This document shows positions 40,723-55,438 of a stretch of 64,000 nucleotides of DNA, piece after piece. The number at the start of each line of letters is the position of its first letter. Within the stretch, counting starts at the first letter, position 1. The DNA is taken from NCBI RefSeq assembly GCF_009914755.1, contig NC_060925.1. One strand, written 5' to 3'. Made by a program: the position numbers and the translations under genes. Below the pieces are notes generated by a model. It saw only the letters and a program-made list of their open reading frames with translations, was not told the DNA's origin and ran no database searches. The DNA comes from the human T2T-CHM13v2.0 reference genome, Homo sapiens.

Positions 40723-41315
40723 GCTTATACAGATTTGAAAAGGAACTAACACTAAAGAAATCACATGTAATGGGATAAATTTAAGATCCTGCACTAGTAT
40801 CCAAAACTAAATACTAAAGCACAACACACAAGAGGAGAGATTTTACTGAGAAGTTTAATTGGAGATAGTCATTCCCCATCCCTGAAAAAAAAAAAAAAAA
40901 GATACATAAACAAAACAACTCATATCCTACCTTTAGACTGCATTAATAGAAACATAATACCTAGAATGAAGGAGATGATAGTTTACTTTGCACTATCAGG
41001 TCACATCGGGGGTGTTTTGTTCAATTCTGGATGCTACACACTGAACTGACTTCAGGAAAAATAGAACAGTGAATAGGCTAAACAGCATGTGATGTGAGAC
41101 ATAATTTATTGTGTCTGATTATCATTATAATCATAAAAAGAACTAAGTGCCAAGTGCTTTACATGCATTTTCTCGTTTAGTTCTCACAACATTTTGCCTA
41201 TGAGGCAAGTACTATTATTATCCCCATTTCACAAAAAGAAAATAAAGGCTGAGAGAGGCCAGGCAACTTGCCCAAAGTCAGAGAGGTGATGGGGGGTGGG
41301 CAGCCAGGAATCTCA

Positions 41316-41678
<363 letters not shown>

Positions 41679-42859
41679 TTAGAAAGACTACCACTTGGAA
41701 ATAGGATTGGTGCATAGTCATACCGACTATAAAAGGGAGCACTAAAACCAAAGAATGGGAAAATTGGCCCGTTACGTGGAAAAATGTACAGTAATTCTTT
41801 TAGGTGTCTCACACAGATCCCTTCCCAGGCTTTTCAACCCCATTTCAAATCAAATTGACTATTTCCTTGAACAAGGGCAATTATATTAATTGCAAAGAGT
41901 TTTCTGTTTGCCATCTACCAAAGGTTACAGCTCAAACATTTAAGGTAGTGTCTTTCTGTTGGCCACATTTCTCTGTCTCTTTCTATTTCTGTTCCTATTA
42001 ACTACTGCACGGATCTGAATAATGCAAATATTAAAGATGTTAGCTTTGACTTTACAAAATATATCAGCTATAGGTGCCCTTGAAAGCCAGGACTTGCTCC
42101 TTCCCTTGGTGCCACCTTGAAACCAGGATGGGAAATTTGCAGGTCACCCTAGGTTTTGAAAAGAAGCGATCCATTTCCAAGTTGCAATCTACTTGAAATA
42201 ATCTCCCCAGTTACGTGGAAGTAATTTATTCCATATTTACTTTCTGCTTTGGATTATCAAATATCTCTTCCTCTTACCCCCGGGGGCAGCATTTGGGATT
42301 AAAAAACTTCTACTACCTGCCCTGCTGGGGCTGCATTATTTAACTCTTTCATGCCTATTTAAGAGCAGGCAAAATTTGCAGCAAATGATAACTGAAGTCC
42401 CTACTAGCCCTAAGATGTATTATTCTACGTTAACTTTATTTGTTTTAGATGTACTCTATTTCCAAAACTGTTTATTATTTTTAGCAACATTTTTTTAACA
42501 ACACTGAGGCTGACCTATATAAAGTTAAGCAGCTGAAAGTAAAATATTTAAGTAACAAGTTGACCCATGCAATGCCAAACTAAAGAGTAGATGTATTGTT
42601 TATTCCAGGGTCAGACGAAGGTCAAGTGGTGCTAAACCTAGAGGTCCCCTCATTTGGGTCAAGTCTCACTTTCCACATGAATGGATTGCCACCAATGAAG
42701 GCAGCCAGGGGACTGTTTTGTTTCAAATTCCCTGTCCTGGGTGTAGCCCTCCAAATATCAGTGCTTGCTTGTTGAACTTCTTATGGAGAAGAAGAAAAGT
42801 CTTTTAAAAATAAATCTTGGACCCTCACATCTCAGAGCCATGGGCGAGCCTGACTTGCT

Positions 42860-43150
42860 TTTGTTTTTAATAATAGACTACCTTTTAGAGTTGTTTTAGG
42901 TTTACAGGAAAGTTAGGCAGAAAGTATGAAGAGTTCCCATATACCCTCTTCCTACCCTACCCCTACTCCCACAGTTTCCTCTATTATTAACATCTTGCAT
43001 TGAACATGACTCTTTTTTTTTTTTTTTTTTTTTTTGAGACAAGGTCTTGCTATGTTGCACAACCTGGACTTGAACTCCTGGGCTCGACTGATCCACCCAC
43101 CACAGCCTACGGAGTAGCTGGGACTACAGGAGCACCCCGTCAGGCCCGAC
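42860..43150 (-). mobile_element. L1MB/MC 3' fragment followed by a single Alu monomer (FLAM-like, 43012-43150)
   Basis: TTTTAGGTTTACAG..AGAGTTCCCATATACCC; monomer flanked by TGAACATGAC / TGAGCATGAC. Confidence 0.75.
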
Positions 43151-44569
43151 TGAGCATGACCTTTTGACAGAGTAGTCCAGGTTTGCTATTCTTAAGTTCC
43201 CTGACCTTAAGATGGCAAAGAATACTGTAAGGCCCATCCCTGTTCCAAATAGGACTCACTCAATCTGTAGACCTTAACCAGCTTCTAGGGCCAAGGCATT
43301 CCTCCTACTAAGAAGCCTTTGTCACAACAACAGGAACCTGACCCAGACGCAACCTCCCCTAAAAACAAGCCAGACAAGAGAGTGGGCAGGGAGCAGACAG
43401 CAGGAACAGGCTCTGGCGAGGGCCTGAGAACAGCAAGTTTCAACGAGGTACTTTTGAAGAGATTGTTGGCTACATTATCTTATTTAATTACCGTGGCATA
43501 ATCCTTACATGGCTAAACTATTTATCAAAAACAAGGCTGTGCAACAATTCAGCAAATGTCACTGTGTTGTTATTGGTGAAAGTTGCTCCCACAAACTGCT
43601 CTTTCGGGGTGTGCTGTGCTAGGAAGAGCCTTTTCCAGGTGCCTGGCCATTCTTCTGCACCAGTTTTTAATTGCTAATGAATTAAACTTTCCAAAGAGAT
43701 AAGAATAATGTTGTTTTGTTTGCGCACAGATTGCATGACTAACAAGGACGATATAAATAAAACCATTCCAAGCTTTATCTGTGGGTGGACAACAGTGCCT
43801 GTGTTCAAGTGAAGCCTGAGATGGCTCCCACACAAGATTAGGTTGTTATTGCGGAAGCTGAGGCTTGCACACTGTTAAAAGCCCGAGCTAATATGTTCGC
43901 TTAAGACATTATGCCTAATTATGCTATGTGTCAGTAAGGGAACCTGTTCCCCAAACGTTAAACTATCCTGAAGCACCAGTGTGGGTCTGAGCCAAGTGGA
44001 CTCTGTAGGATTCTGAGCTAACTATGCTCCATGGTGTTTATGAAAATGGGTAAGATCTGATCCTGGTGCATTCTCTACCTTCAGGATGATATGTATTCCT
44101 ACTTGGACCAGTAACTATCTTAACAAATATATGTGAGGAGAAATGTTTGTGCTTTTATTTTTGGAAACTTACCATAAAAATCTGCAAACATTTCCTATAA
44201 AATGCAGAGTTCTCTGTCCATCAAGTTGTTTGGGGGCACTGAGGAAGGAGATGTTTATTTATGAGTTTGTTTCCAGTTCAAAAAAGGAATGCCTTCATGA
44301 GCAGGAGAAATGACTGAGGTCTGGATTTCTGAGTCATGATTTGGGCTTGGCTCGTGGTTTTAGGAGAGTTGAACATCCTTTAGCTAATGTTTCTTGTCTC
44401 TATGCGGGTGGGGTGTGCTATGATAAGAACACTAGCCTTGTTTTGGCTGAATGTTGAGTGCAAGAATCCTTTGCTGACCTAAGACCATCTAGAACTGCTA
44501 GAAATTCAGAATGGCTAGAAATGTATGTGTTGTGTGTGCCTTTCTCTTTGTTCCAACCCTAACCTTAAT

Positions 44570-44587
44570 TGTGTGTGTGTGTGTGTG
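44570..44587. repeat. (TG)n microsatellite
   Basis: Direct reading. Confidence 0.9.
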
Positions 44588-47500
44588 CACGCACACGCGG
44601 TCAAGTCAAGCAGGGTAGAAATCTGAGGCACTGGTAGCCCACTGGGATGCCTTTGTCTGGGATTCACTCACCATCAGTCAAGAGGCTTCAAAAATTAATT
44701 TAATTTGATTAATGGGAGATTGAAATCCCACACCAAGGCCTTAGGAAATCTCATGGTGAATTAAGTCACATGGATCATTTCATACCTCAAACTTCCTGTG
44801 GCTTCCAGGGAGAATCCATAATCTCCAGGAGTTGGTGAGGCAATCTTTCACCCCTAGACACATCTGGACTCTGACTGCAACAGGTAGAATCTTGACTCTG
44901 TCCAGCCATCCACATCTCTACTCCCAGCCTCTTTCCATATATTTTCCAAAATACTTAAAGTCACCCTGAATGCCCCTCTTAGCACTTAATGCTCAGTATC
45001 ATCATTTAAGCTCATTTTACAATTTTTCAATGTGTCTAGAAGTGTCCTCATTATTTCCTAAAACAATATCCTTTTCCCTGCACCCCACATTTCTTCCTAG
45101 AGGATGCCCATTCTCTCCTCTCCCTTCCATCAGAGCTCTAACCAAAGCCCATGGTTGCTCCCTACTCTCTGACTTCAATTCCTCATTCTTCCTCATTCTC
45201 ACTTTCACTGATGCATGCTCTAATCACCTCAGTTCTCCTAGTCTTTCATCATTCTAACCCACTCATAAATACTATTTGTATTTGTTTACACACTCAGTCA
45301 AGAACTTTTTACTGTCATATCTGGCTCAACATTTTTCCTGCCTCTGTGTCAATTTGGTTCCCTTTTTTGTTCTAAATGTATCATCCACTATTCATCCTTT
45401 CATCTAAATCCATCTTTCCATCCATCTACTTCACAATTATTTATGGAGCACCTAATGGGCTTTATGGACTGCTTTAAGCACTGAGAATAAGAAGGTGAAT
45501 AGGTGGCAGCCCCTATTCCCAAGGAGTTCACAGGGGAAGATGGATGCACATACATCACATGTGGTTAATTATCTGGGTGTGATAAAGGCAATGAGAGAGG
45601 AGCACAGAGGACCAGTCTAGACCAGGGCAGGGGAAGGTAATCAGAGCAGTCAGCTCCTCCTCCCCAGCCAGGCTGGTCTTTCTGCAAAACCATCACTCCT
45701 CAGTTCATGGCTTCCCATGCCGTGTACCTGAAATGCCCTTTCTATCCAAATCTTGGCTATTTTACAAGATCAGAGGTATTCTACTCTACCTCTGGGAACT
45801 TTTGGACTTATTCATAGCATCCAATTTAGGAATTCTTTGATACATGATGCTTTGCCTTCTCAAATAGGTTACGGCTTCGAATTTAAGGAGAGATCATTGT
45901 GTCTCAGTACTTTTGTGTTCCTTACACTGTGCTACCAAAAACACTGAATTAAAAAACAGGACATGGATAATTCATTCCTAGATTTTCCTGACCATCTTAC
46001 CTTTTCTGCCAACATGAGTAACACCTTATCTATATGTAGTAGGCACTTAATAAAATAAAGACATTGTGAGACATTGGAAAGAATAAGAACTTCAAACTCA
46101 AGTTCAAATTCTAATTCAATTACTGGCTGTTTGGACTTAGGCAACTTTATCTTTTCTGAGCCTCAGGCTCCTTAAATGCAAAATGAGGACTAATAACACA
46201 AACTTTATTTCTATTTAGGGGACGATTAAATGAATCTGTATATGTAAAATGCCTAGCACTGTGCTTTGCATATATTAAGGAATCAAAATATGCTAGATCC
46301 TGTCCCTCCCTCTATTCTTCGTCCCCTCTCCATCCCCAACCCTTCATGCCAGGCAAAATTTGGCAAGAAGCAATAGAGACATTTAAAACTTTAACACCTG
46401 CATGCTTTTGGTTGCAAAACAGTGCTTAAGCTTTTCTCAAACTCCCAACATAAAGCCTGGGAAGGACCTAGATTTGTTCATCACACCCAGCTTGTCACAG
46501 GGAAAATCTTGGTGTATGTATTACTCAGTCTTATGTGGGCATAAATGTGATAAAAGTTCTGTGATCTTTGAATTTTATGGCTCTCAAAAACATGTGACAC
46601 TCTACATTTTTTACTGCCCTTCGTCAGTCAGCTGATTTTGAGACCTAGGGAAACCCCTGTACGTTCTTCGACCCACAGAAAGGGTTAAAGATTCCTACTA
46701 CAAAAGGACTCAGTGTTCTAACTCTAAATGTCTTGGGAACATGGCCTGGAAAGGCTGAGGGCCATTGCATTACACAATTACCTATTTGCTGGAGACAGTA
46801 TATTTAATAACTAATCATCTAATCTAATAATACTGAAGAATATCAGACTCAAAGGTCAAGTGTTTAAGATTAGGGAGAAAGCAGCCTTAAAAGTACATTT
46901 TAAAGAGCCTCACAGGTCAACAAGTCAGCCTTAGAGCCTGCCATGCAACCACCACTTCCAGGCTGCTAGGGGAATCAGAAATGTCACTATCTTTCAAACT
47001 TAGAATATTGATTATATCCACTCTACTCATAGGGGCTTTATTCCATGACATCTCTTAGTTAGCAATTTAAGAAAATGATTTCATCCTATATAATGCCAGA
47101 TTAGCTCAATGACGAAAAATGTTACACTAGGAGCTCTTCGATACACACTTGAGAGCTCTTACCCAAAATGTTATTTTCCCTCTGGACTTTCCTGTGTTGA
47201 TAAGTTCTGTTTGCTTCCAATTGTGGTTCACTCTTGTGGATCTTTTTCTCAGAGACCTAAGTGATCATCATTCCTAGAGATATTTGTGGTACAAATTCTT
47301 TATTTTCAAGTTCTGAAAACCTCATTCTAAAAAGTCACCCTTTATTTCTCACTTTTAAAAGCCTGAATGGGCACTCTTCCTCATCTTTCATGAAGTTAAA
47401 GTCTTGTCACAATTCAAATTCCCTAGATGAATCCCTTAAAGAATCACTACACAGTGCTGACTCTCCAATGTGCACACTTGACCAGCAGGACGTGTATGTT

Positions 47501-47689
47501 TATTTCAAATATTTGAGTCCTTTTGCTTGATCTTTTCATAAGTTGGTCTCACTTCAGTCCCCTGATGGCTTTAAATCGTGGTACTTTGCTCACAATTTCT
47601 CAGAGTAGAACATTTTTAGAGAAAGATCTAGACATCTCTGCTTTTTCTAGGAAAAATAAAAACATAAAAACTAAAAACCCCGCAACTCT

Positions 47690-48060
47690 CAGGATAGACC
47701 GGATTATGCTGAGGTAACAAATTAACCCTAAAATCCCAGTGGATCATCAAAACAAAGGTTTCTATTTTGTTTCACTACATGCTCATCACAAGTTAGTGAG
47801 ATGCTCTGCTCCTAGGGCTACTCAGGCACCAGGAGCAACTCCAGGTAGTTCCTCAGGGACCCAGGCTGAAGGTGATTACACCATCTGGTCATGTCCCTAC
47901 TGTAGAAGACAAAGAGGACCTCATAGCATTCTTCTATGCCTAGGCCCAGAATGTACATTGTCCCACTTCAGTTTATAGCCCATTAGCTAGTGCAAGTCAC
48001 AAGTCCCCTAAGTACCAGGAAATGTGGTCTTTTCTGTGTGCAGAAACAAGAGAAGAACAA
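47690..48060. mobile_element. Old LTR33-like element
   Basis: TCAGGATAG..TTATGCTG.GGTAACAAATTAACCCTAAAATCCCAGTGG; GGGACCCAGGCTGA. Family call is tentative. Confidence 0.5.
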
Positions 48061-48288
48061 AAAAAGTATGCAAACACACTCACATCACCATTGCCTACAT
48101 TAAGATTTTATGCTTCAAGAAGAGTGAAGCCAACAGAAAAGGCTGAACATAAAGGAAATCTCTAAGCCTGGACACCCGGTGGATCCAGAATAACCAAAAC
48201 ATAATTAAAATACTTACTGAGCACTTACTGAGTACTTTTCTCAAGATTAATGCAAATTTCTATTCTGCCTTTAATTCCTTGATTTTTA

Positions 48289-48679
<391 letters not shown>

Positions 48680-49859
48680 TGATCTTCCAAGAAGAAAGGT
48701 TGATACTAATTTTTAAATGTAAGGTCAATCACTACTTGGTTCACATTAAATTTTCTAGCAAATCTTGTGTTCCTCATTTGCAAGATTTGCTTCTGATTTG
48801 CTAGATTTGCTTCCGGATTTCCCTTGGTTTGCTTCTCTTTGTTCAGAAGATAAATTCACACTCAAAGTAGCACAGGGCCTGACATAGATGTAAATGCTAA
48901 GCATATATACCAATGCTTAGGAATAACAAATAAATGAGTGTGAAATTAGAAGCATCACTACCAAGAATATTTATACAAATATCTAGACTTATACTCCATG
49001 CTACAACAATAAAATCCAAAATCAATGTGTCTTACCTTTCGCATACGATCATTAATGCCAAAGGGCAGTACTGATTTCATTAAAAGAACAATTAGAAAAG
49101 ATGAAGAGAGATTTTCCTGTTTTCCTCCAATTTTGAATCTGTCCTCCTTTTCCCATTTTCCCCATTTTCACAGATTCTTATGATAAAGTTTTCATTTCTC
49201 AAGGAGCCAACGTCACCCCAGACTCACACAAGGGAACACAACTGTGTTATCATTGCTTGTCTGAAGGAAGGGAAGTCACCAATCCTCCTTCAAACAGGAA
49301 ACCTTGTGGAAAATAATTGTGAATGTAGAGCACACCTGAGCAGAAAAAAAATGCTGACCAGAACTGTGCAATAAGTTTCTTCCATGTTGGAAGAGTTTGA
49401 CTTACAACTCAGCCATTCTCTGCTGCTTATATAAGAGCAAAGTCACGTCAAAAAAGAAGCCAAAGGAAACAGAATGTTCTCCATTGCAGGAATGACTGAA
49501 GTTTCGCCAATTAAACTTTTCCTTAGGCATGAACATAAGTAATAACCTAACATATCCTGAGTACTACTTTGTGCTATGCAGCCTGCTAAACACACTACAT
49601 GCATTAAGGTTATTGAAAGTGGAAGTAATGCTCCCAGTATTTGTGCAGGATAAAAAGAAAATATTAAATTATTTGTTTTTGTTTATTTTGTAACCTTATT
49701 ATTTAGTTTACTTTTTTGCATTTTATTATTTACATCATACTGTATATAGTATATTGGTACCTATATAAAATAAATATATACTCACACACACATATGTTGA
49801 GAGCATACGAATAGCAGTTGCAGCTCAGTTTATTTTTAATCAATGAGAAAGGATTATTA

Positions 49860-50010
49860 TTATTATTGTTAGTTATCATTATTCCTGTTTGCAGAAAAGG
49901 AAACTGAGGCTTAAAGAGGTTAAAAGGACTTACCCAAAGTGTCAAAGTTGGTAAATGGCAGAGCTGGAATTCAAAGAGTCTGATTCCAAAGTCTATATAG
50001 TCCGGCGTGA
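49860..50010 (-). mobile_element. MIR
   Basis: GGAAACTGAGGCTTAAAGAGGTTAA..GGCAGAGCTGGAATTCAAA. Confidence 0.8.
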
Positions 50011-53000
50011 TCATTAAAGGAATTCCTTGTGTTCAAAGAGCAGTGCTTGAAAACCAAGCTCATTTGTGCCTGCAGAAATGCCAGCCTCTGGGGTAGAAGA
50101 AATGTCATACTTTGATCATCTTCCACACTGAATTAGGAGGAAAAGCAGAAGAAAAGAAACTGAGGGTACCAATGCCAGACAGTCACTAGGTAGTAAATGG
50201 AAAAGAATTTAAAGAAAGTGAAAATCAAAGGAAAATATCACAACGTTTGGTTGACACCCTATTCCTCACCCAGCCCCTTAATGTCTTTCTACAGAAATCA
50301 GATTTCTGGTGCAGGCAGTTCATTGTTTGAACATGCAGTAATGGACACATCCAGATTCCTAACACTGGGGAGTTCAGAGTCAATCAACATGGATTGAGAC
50401 ACTTACAGCTTCATCTTTTGCTGATTGAGCACTGAGGGGTGTGTATCCCCATGCGGTCCCTAAGAGCTACACCCACGGGAGAAACATTTTATGTTGTTCA
50501 AAATACTTGGTGCTATGGTTGTTATCTTCAATTTTCTTAACTAGTAATGAGTGATCCTAGTAAGTGTTAAACCAATATGCACTAGGCTCTCTTTAGGATA
50601 TTCATTACGGAAGGCTTTGAAGCTGAGAAAGAAGTTTAGAGTTTAGGGAAAATTTTTAAAACAACTCTATATTATAGGCATTTTAAAAAATAAGTGCAAT
50701 GGAATTCTTTAGAGGTAACCAAGTTTCTCAGGATATCTTTGAGGCAGTGATAAAGATTTAAGTTTTTAAAATCACTATCAAACCCCTTTGTGCAACATTT
50801 GCATAAATTCTCAAACAATGGGACTGTTTTCATGTAAATTTGTTTTCAGGGAGATTCCTGCTTTCTGAAGGCAGTGTAACTGTAGCTGAGTTACATAAAG
50901 TGACATTTTATTGCCTCCTGTGGAAGATGCTTTGCACTAATGATCTGAAATCTGATGTCTCAAGCTAGGAATTAGATGATCTGTGGCTCAAAGTGTGAAA
51001 AGAGAAAGTGGGGCCTTTATGTTTTAGTTAATTACTTCTGGCTAAAATGTGGGGAGCGCTCCCTGGACCTTCTGGGACTCCTGGAATCCGGAAACCTGTC
51101 TACAAAACCTAAAGGATTGAAGCAGTTGACCTCATCACAGGAGTGACCACAGGGGGAAAAAACAGTGATTCACAAATCCAAGCCTGATTTCAGTCAGAAA
51201 TTTTTCTGTGTTTCATAAATCTGCCTTTTTTCTCTAACTGCCCTTGCCACCTAGCAAGCCAGGAACAGAGAGACCAAAAATCATCATAAATATGGAATAT
51301 GCAGTCGGAAATGTGGAAAAAGAGCTTGCTACCCAGGGAGAACAAAGCTTTCACCCCTCTGGGGCTTCACTGTGAAAAAGAAACAACTCTGCTTGTTTTG
51401 TCTTATTTTCCCAGATACTTCTATTTGAAAAATATAGTAAATCAATTAATCAATTTTTCTCTCCCTACTATCCACGCCCCCTCATTTCTCCAGTTCTCTA
51501 ATTCTCTAATTCCTGAGTTGTCTAATTCCTGAGTACTCCTAGGGCAGTTCAGCTTACTACAAGAGAATTTTTTGTGGCTGTTCTCAAACTCCATATTCTG
51601 TTTGCAGAGAATGCTGTTCCTTAATTCTGTTTGAGTTTCAAAGAGAAAAAGCTCATACCAGTTTAGATTACCCACAATCCTCAATGCATATCGAACAAAA
51701 TTGTCATTCCTAATGGCAAAGTTCAGGATATAACTGTGTTAGTTAATTTAATCATTTACCATGAAATACCAGGTGTCTTAATCTTATATATAGTTCTTAA
51801 GTTGGCTGCATATTTTTGTGCAATTGAATACTGACCCTACATGAAGAATACAAGAATTTTGTTTTTAAGTAAATGTTGTTAGAAATAAAATGTTTCTACT
51901 GGAAAAAAAAATATGTTATTAGAAGCACTGTGAATTTTTCTCCAATGCTTGAAGAGTGACCACTCCAGCAAGCCTGGCTTATGTTGGTGGCATTCTGCCC
52001 TGCCACTACCTCCAGCACATCCACAGACCTTTATTTTTGTTATTTTATGACCACATGCAGGATTCTGGCACCAAGGACTCCATTTGGACTTAGGAAAAGT
52101 AGAAGAGCACTCTGAAAACTGGACGTCGGGAATTGATGAACTGGCATCGCACCCCAACAACACACTCTGCTTGTGGGCCTTACTCTCCAGATACCTGATG
52201 TATTACTGGAGAAGCAAATGCAACAAGGCAAAGATGTCTTCATTTTCTGTCAAAGCAAGGCCTCAACTATGGTGTCATTGAGGCCCTGAATCTCCGCAGC
52301 CAGCCAGTCAGACCCCATCAACAGCTGCAGCAAGCAGGGCTGAGGAGGGGAATGGGAGGCGATAGGAGCCAATGAGGGCTGAGCCCGCAGCTCTGTGTCT
52401 GACTGGAGCAGAGAGACAGAGAGGCCAGGGCCAGAGGAAACCCCAGCAGCAAGGGAAAAACAGATTGACTCTCAGTGACTCATTTAGCTCCTGGGTTGGA
52501 CAGATCTCTCCCCTGCTGGCAATTTGGCTCTGCATCAATAGTTCGAATACCAGGCTGAACAGCTTCAAATAATTAGGGGGAAAAATCTGCAAAACTGCTA
52601 GCCATCCAATTCTTTACTCTGTGCTGAAAGACACAGTACAAATGACATCTAGGTTATTAAATATGAAGTCACTGGATTTGCTGCCCATTTGGTCCAAAGG
52701 CAGAAAACTGGATAAAACTCAAATTTATAATTCAGTGTAGATGGCCTGTTTGTCCTTGAGGCGATCCATGAATTTTGGCTGGGCAGGCGCTGTGAATGTG
52801 GAAGTAATGTCGTGGGGGAAGGGGGATGAACAAGGTTTGTTCCCCCCGCCCCGCCCCGACTCGGCTTACACCCCCTGGGGAAAAAAAAATGAAAATGTCA
52901 ATAAAGACTGTGAATGTGAAGAGAAATGGAATCTGAGCCCAGAGTTTAGTAGCTGGCAGTTTAAACTTTATATACTTTAGGCCGACAGGCGTCTGGATCT

Positions 53001-53649
53001 CCTGTACTTTATATCCAGCGTACAAAAACTGAAGCAACAGGCTCATTTGGTATCAGTAAAGGTCAGTTAAAATTATAGAGACATTTTTTGGAGCAAATCT
53101 CCAGTCTTGTATTTGCATATTTATGAACTAGAGATTAAGATAGGCCATTCCACTTATTAGAGCAGTGCTGCTATAGTTAATAGTCTGTCAGCATTTCCAT
53201 TATAAACCCCATTTTTCAGTGTTTAGTATCTCAGCTGTTAGAAATTACATCAGGCTGAAAAGTGGTCTTCAGCATCTCAGGCCTTGGCAGGGTGAGCCGG
53301 TGGTGGTGGTGGTGATGGGGCTTGGGAAACCAACAAAGACATTTAAATCAAGCCAACTGTTTTTACATTGGATATTAACAGTAAATATGAAATCAGAGAT
53401 TTTGAGGGGAGTTGGTGAATTCTTCTCCTCCCTCAACACCCCCCCACCAAATTATCTTTCCCCTGTCTTATCCTTGTCAGTATCAGGGCTTTCACTCTCT
53501 ATTTAAAGGGAAGACTCTGGGATTTTAGGGCAAAGATCCAAAGTTTTGGCTTGGCAAAATAGTTTTCCTCACTTCACTGGAATTGTGGGGGTAGGGGAGA
53601 GCATCAGAGTAAAGCAAAGATGTTGAAGACATTCATTCATTCATTCATT

Positions 53650-54015
53650 CATAAAGAATTGGCTCATGCAATCATGGAGGCTGGTAAGTCCAAAATCTGC
53701 AGGTTAGGTGGGCAGGCTGGAGACTCAGGGAAGAGCTGATGTTGCAGTTTGAGTCCAAAGGCAGTCTGCTGGCAGAATTTCCTCTTCCTCAGTGGAGATC
53801 AGCCTTTTCCTTATGACCTTCAACTGATTGGATGAGGTCCATTCACATTATGGCACATAAAATTAACCATCACAGAGGCTAAGCTGCTTTACTCAGTCTA
53901 TGATTTAAATGTTAATCTCTTCTAAAAAATACCTTTGCAGCAATATCCAGACATCTTTGACCAAATATCTGGGTACCAGGGCCTAGCCAAGTCGCACATA
54001 AAATTAACCATTGCA
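53650..54015 (-). mobile_element. MLT2 (ERVL) LTR fragment
   Basis: AAGAATTGGCTCATGCAATCATGGAGGCTGGTAAGTCCAAAATCTGCAGG..CACATAAAATTAACCAT. Confidence 0.8.
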
Positions 54016-54787
54016 GGGACCATGTTTTAAAGATCTCCTATACATCAAATCCTGGGCTTGGCCTTGGAGACACAAAATTAATGACACACTCCTTGTCCTC
54101 AAGAAACTTATGATCTACCATCACACTGGTACCAAGTTTTCACAATAAAATTACAGACTCAATAGCTGGTTCCATGCTTTGCTTTCTCTTTTTGGCCACT
54201 TGGGATATCCCCTGCACAGAGGCACAATTGTGAGTGTGCTTAGCTGCATTCTCAAGAGAAGGCACTGCTATCTAGGGACTCCTTATCACATAGGAAGACA
54301 GCCTGCTCTTTCCAAACCAAATTCTTGTAAATTCACTGGACACTAACCTGTCAAGTAACTCAGTGATATTCAAAGATCCTTTGGGATTTGAGGAGAAATT
54401 GGAAAAAGAGAAAAGAGGAAGCAGCTTGCTTTCTCAAGTCATTCATTCAAAAAAAAAATGAGTATTGGCTCCTGTTATATGGCTCCTCGATGTGTTTTAG
54501 AAACCACACAAACACATCCTCAACTGGACAACCATAGAGCAGGTTGAAAAATTCCTACTCTACCTGGCGGAGTTTCCAGCCCCTCTGCAGAAGTGCACAC
54601 CTATGCAAAAACCTTCATCAGAAGAGAACCTTAAGGGATAGTCTGACAGTAGGGAATCCCAATGTGTATAACCAGTGGTCCTTGCTATCTGACTCCGAGA
54701 GCTACACTGAGTAATAGAAGCAACTCTCCTTGCCCTGTCTTCTAGGTTTCTATTATACTTGGAGTAGGTAAGCTTTATTTTATTTGC

Positions 54788-54892
54788 TCAAGATATGTCA
54801 CACCCCTGGACACACAGAATAAAAATTCAAAGTCCTCCTGGAATTCAAGATGTGTCATACCCCTGGACACACAGAATAAAAATTCAAAGTCC
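54788..54892. repeat. 48-bp direct duplication, period 57 bp, 2 mismatches
   Basis: TCAAGAT.TGTCA.ACCCCTGGACACACAGAATAAAAATTCAAAGTCC at 54788 and 54845. Confidence 0.95.
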
Positions 54893-55120
54893 GACTAGAG
54901 AGGCAGAGAATATCATCACTGTATCACTCCATTTTACTTTATTGAAAACCTTAAAAGTAAATATAAAACGACAAATTACGGTGCTGCTATTGTTGCTTGC
55001 TGTCTGGGAAAAAAAGAAATGTTGGATAAGAAGGTCAAAATGTGCCAATTCAATGCCCTGAGAATGGTCACCTAATCTTCTATCAAGAGATGTGACATAC
55101 CATCTAAAGAACGGCTGCCC

Positions 55121-55438
<318 letters not shown>

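Noticed and set aside
54795-55061. ORF with the repeated peptide PWTHRIKIQSP
   Set aside because: A by-product of the 57-bp-period DNA duplication; no splice or coding support.
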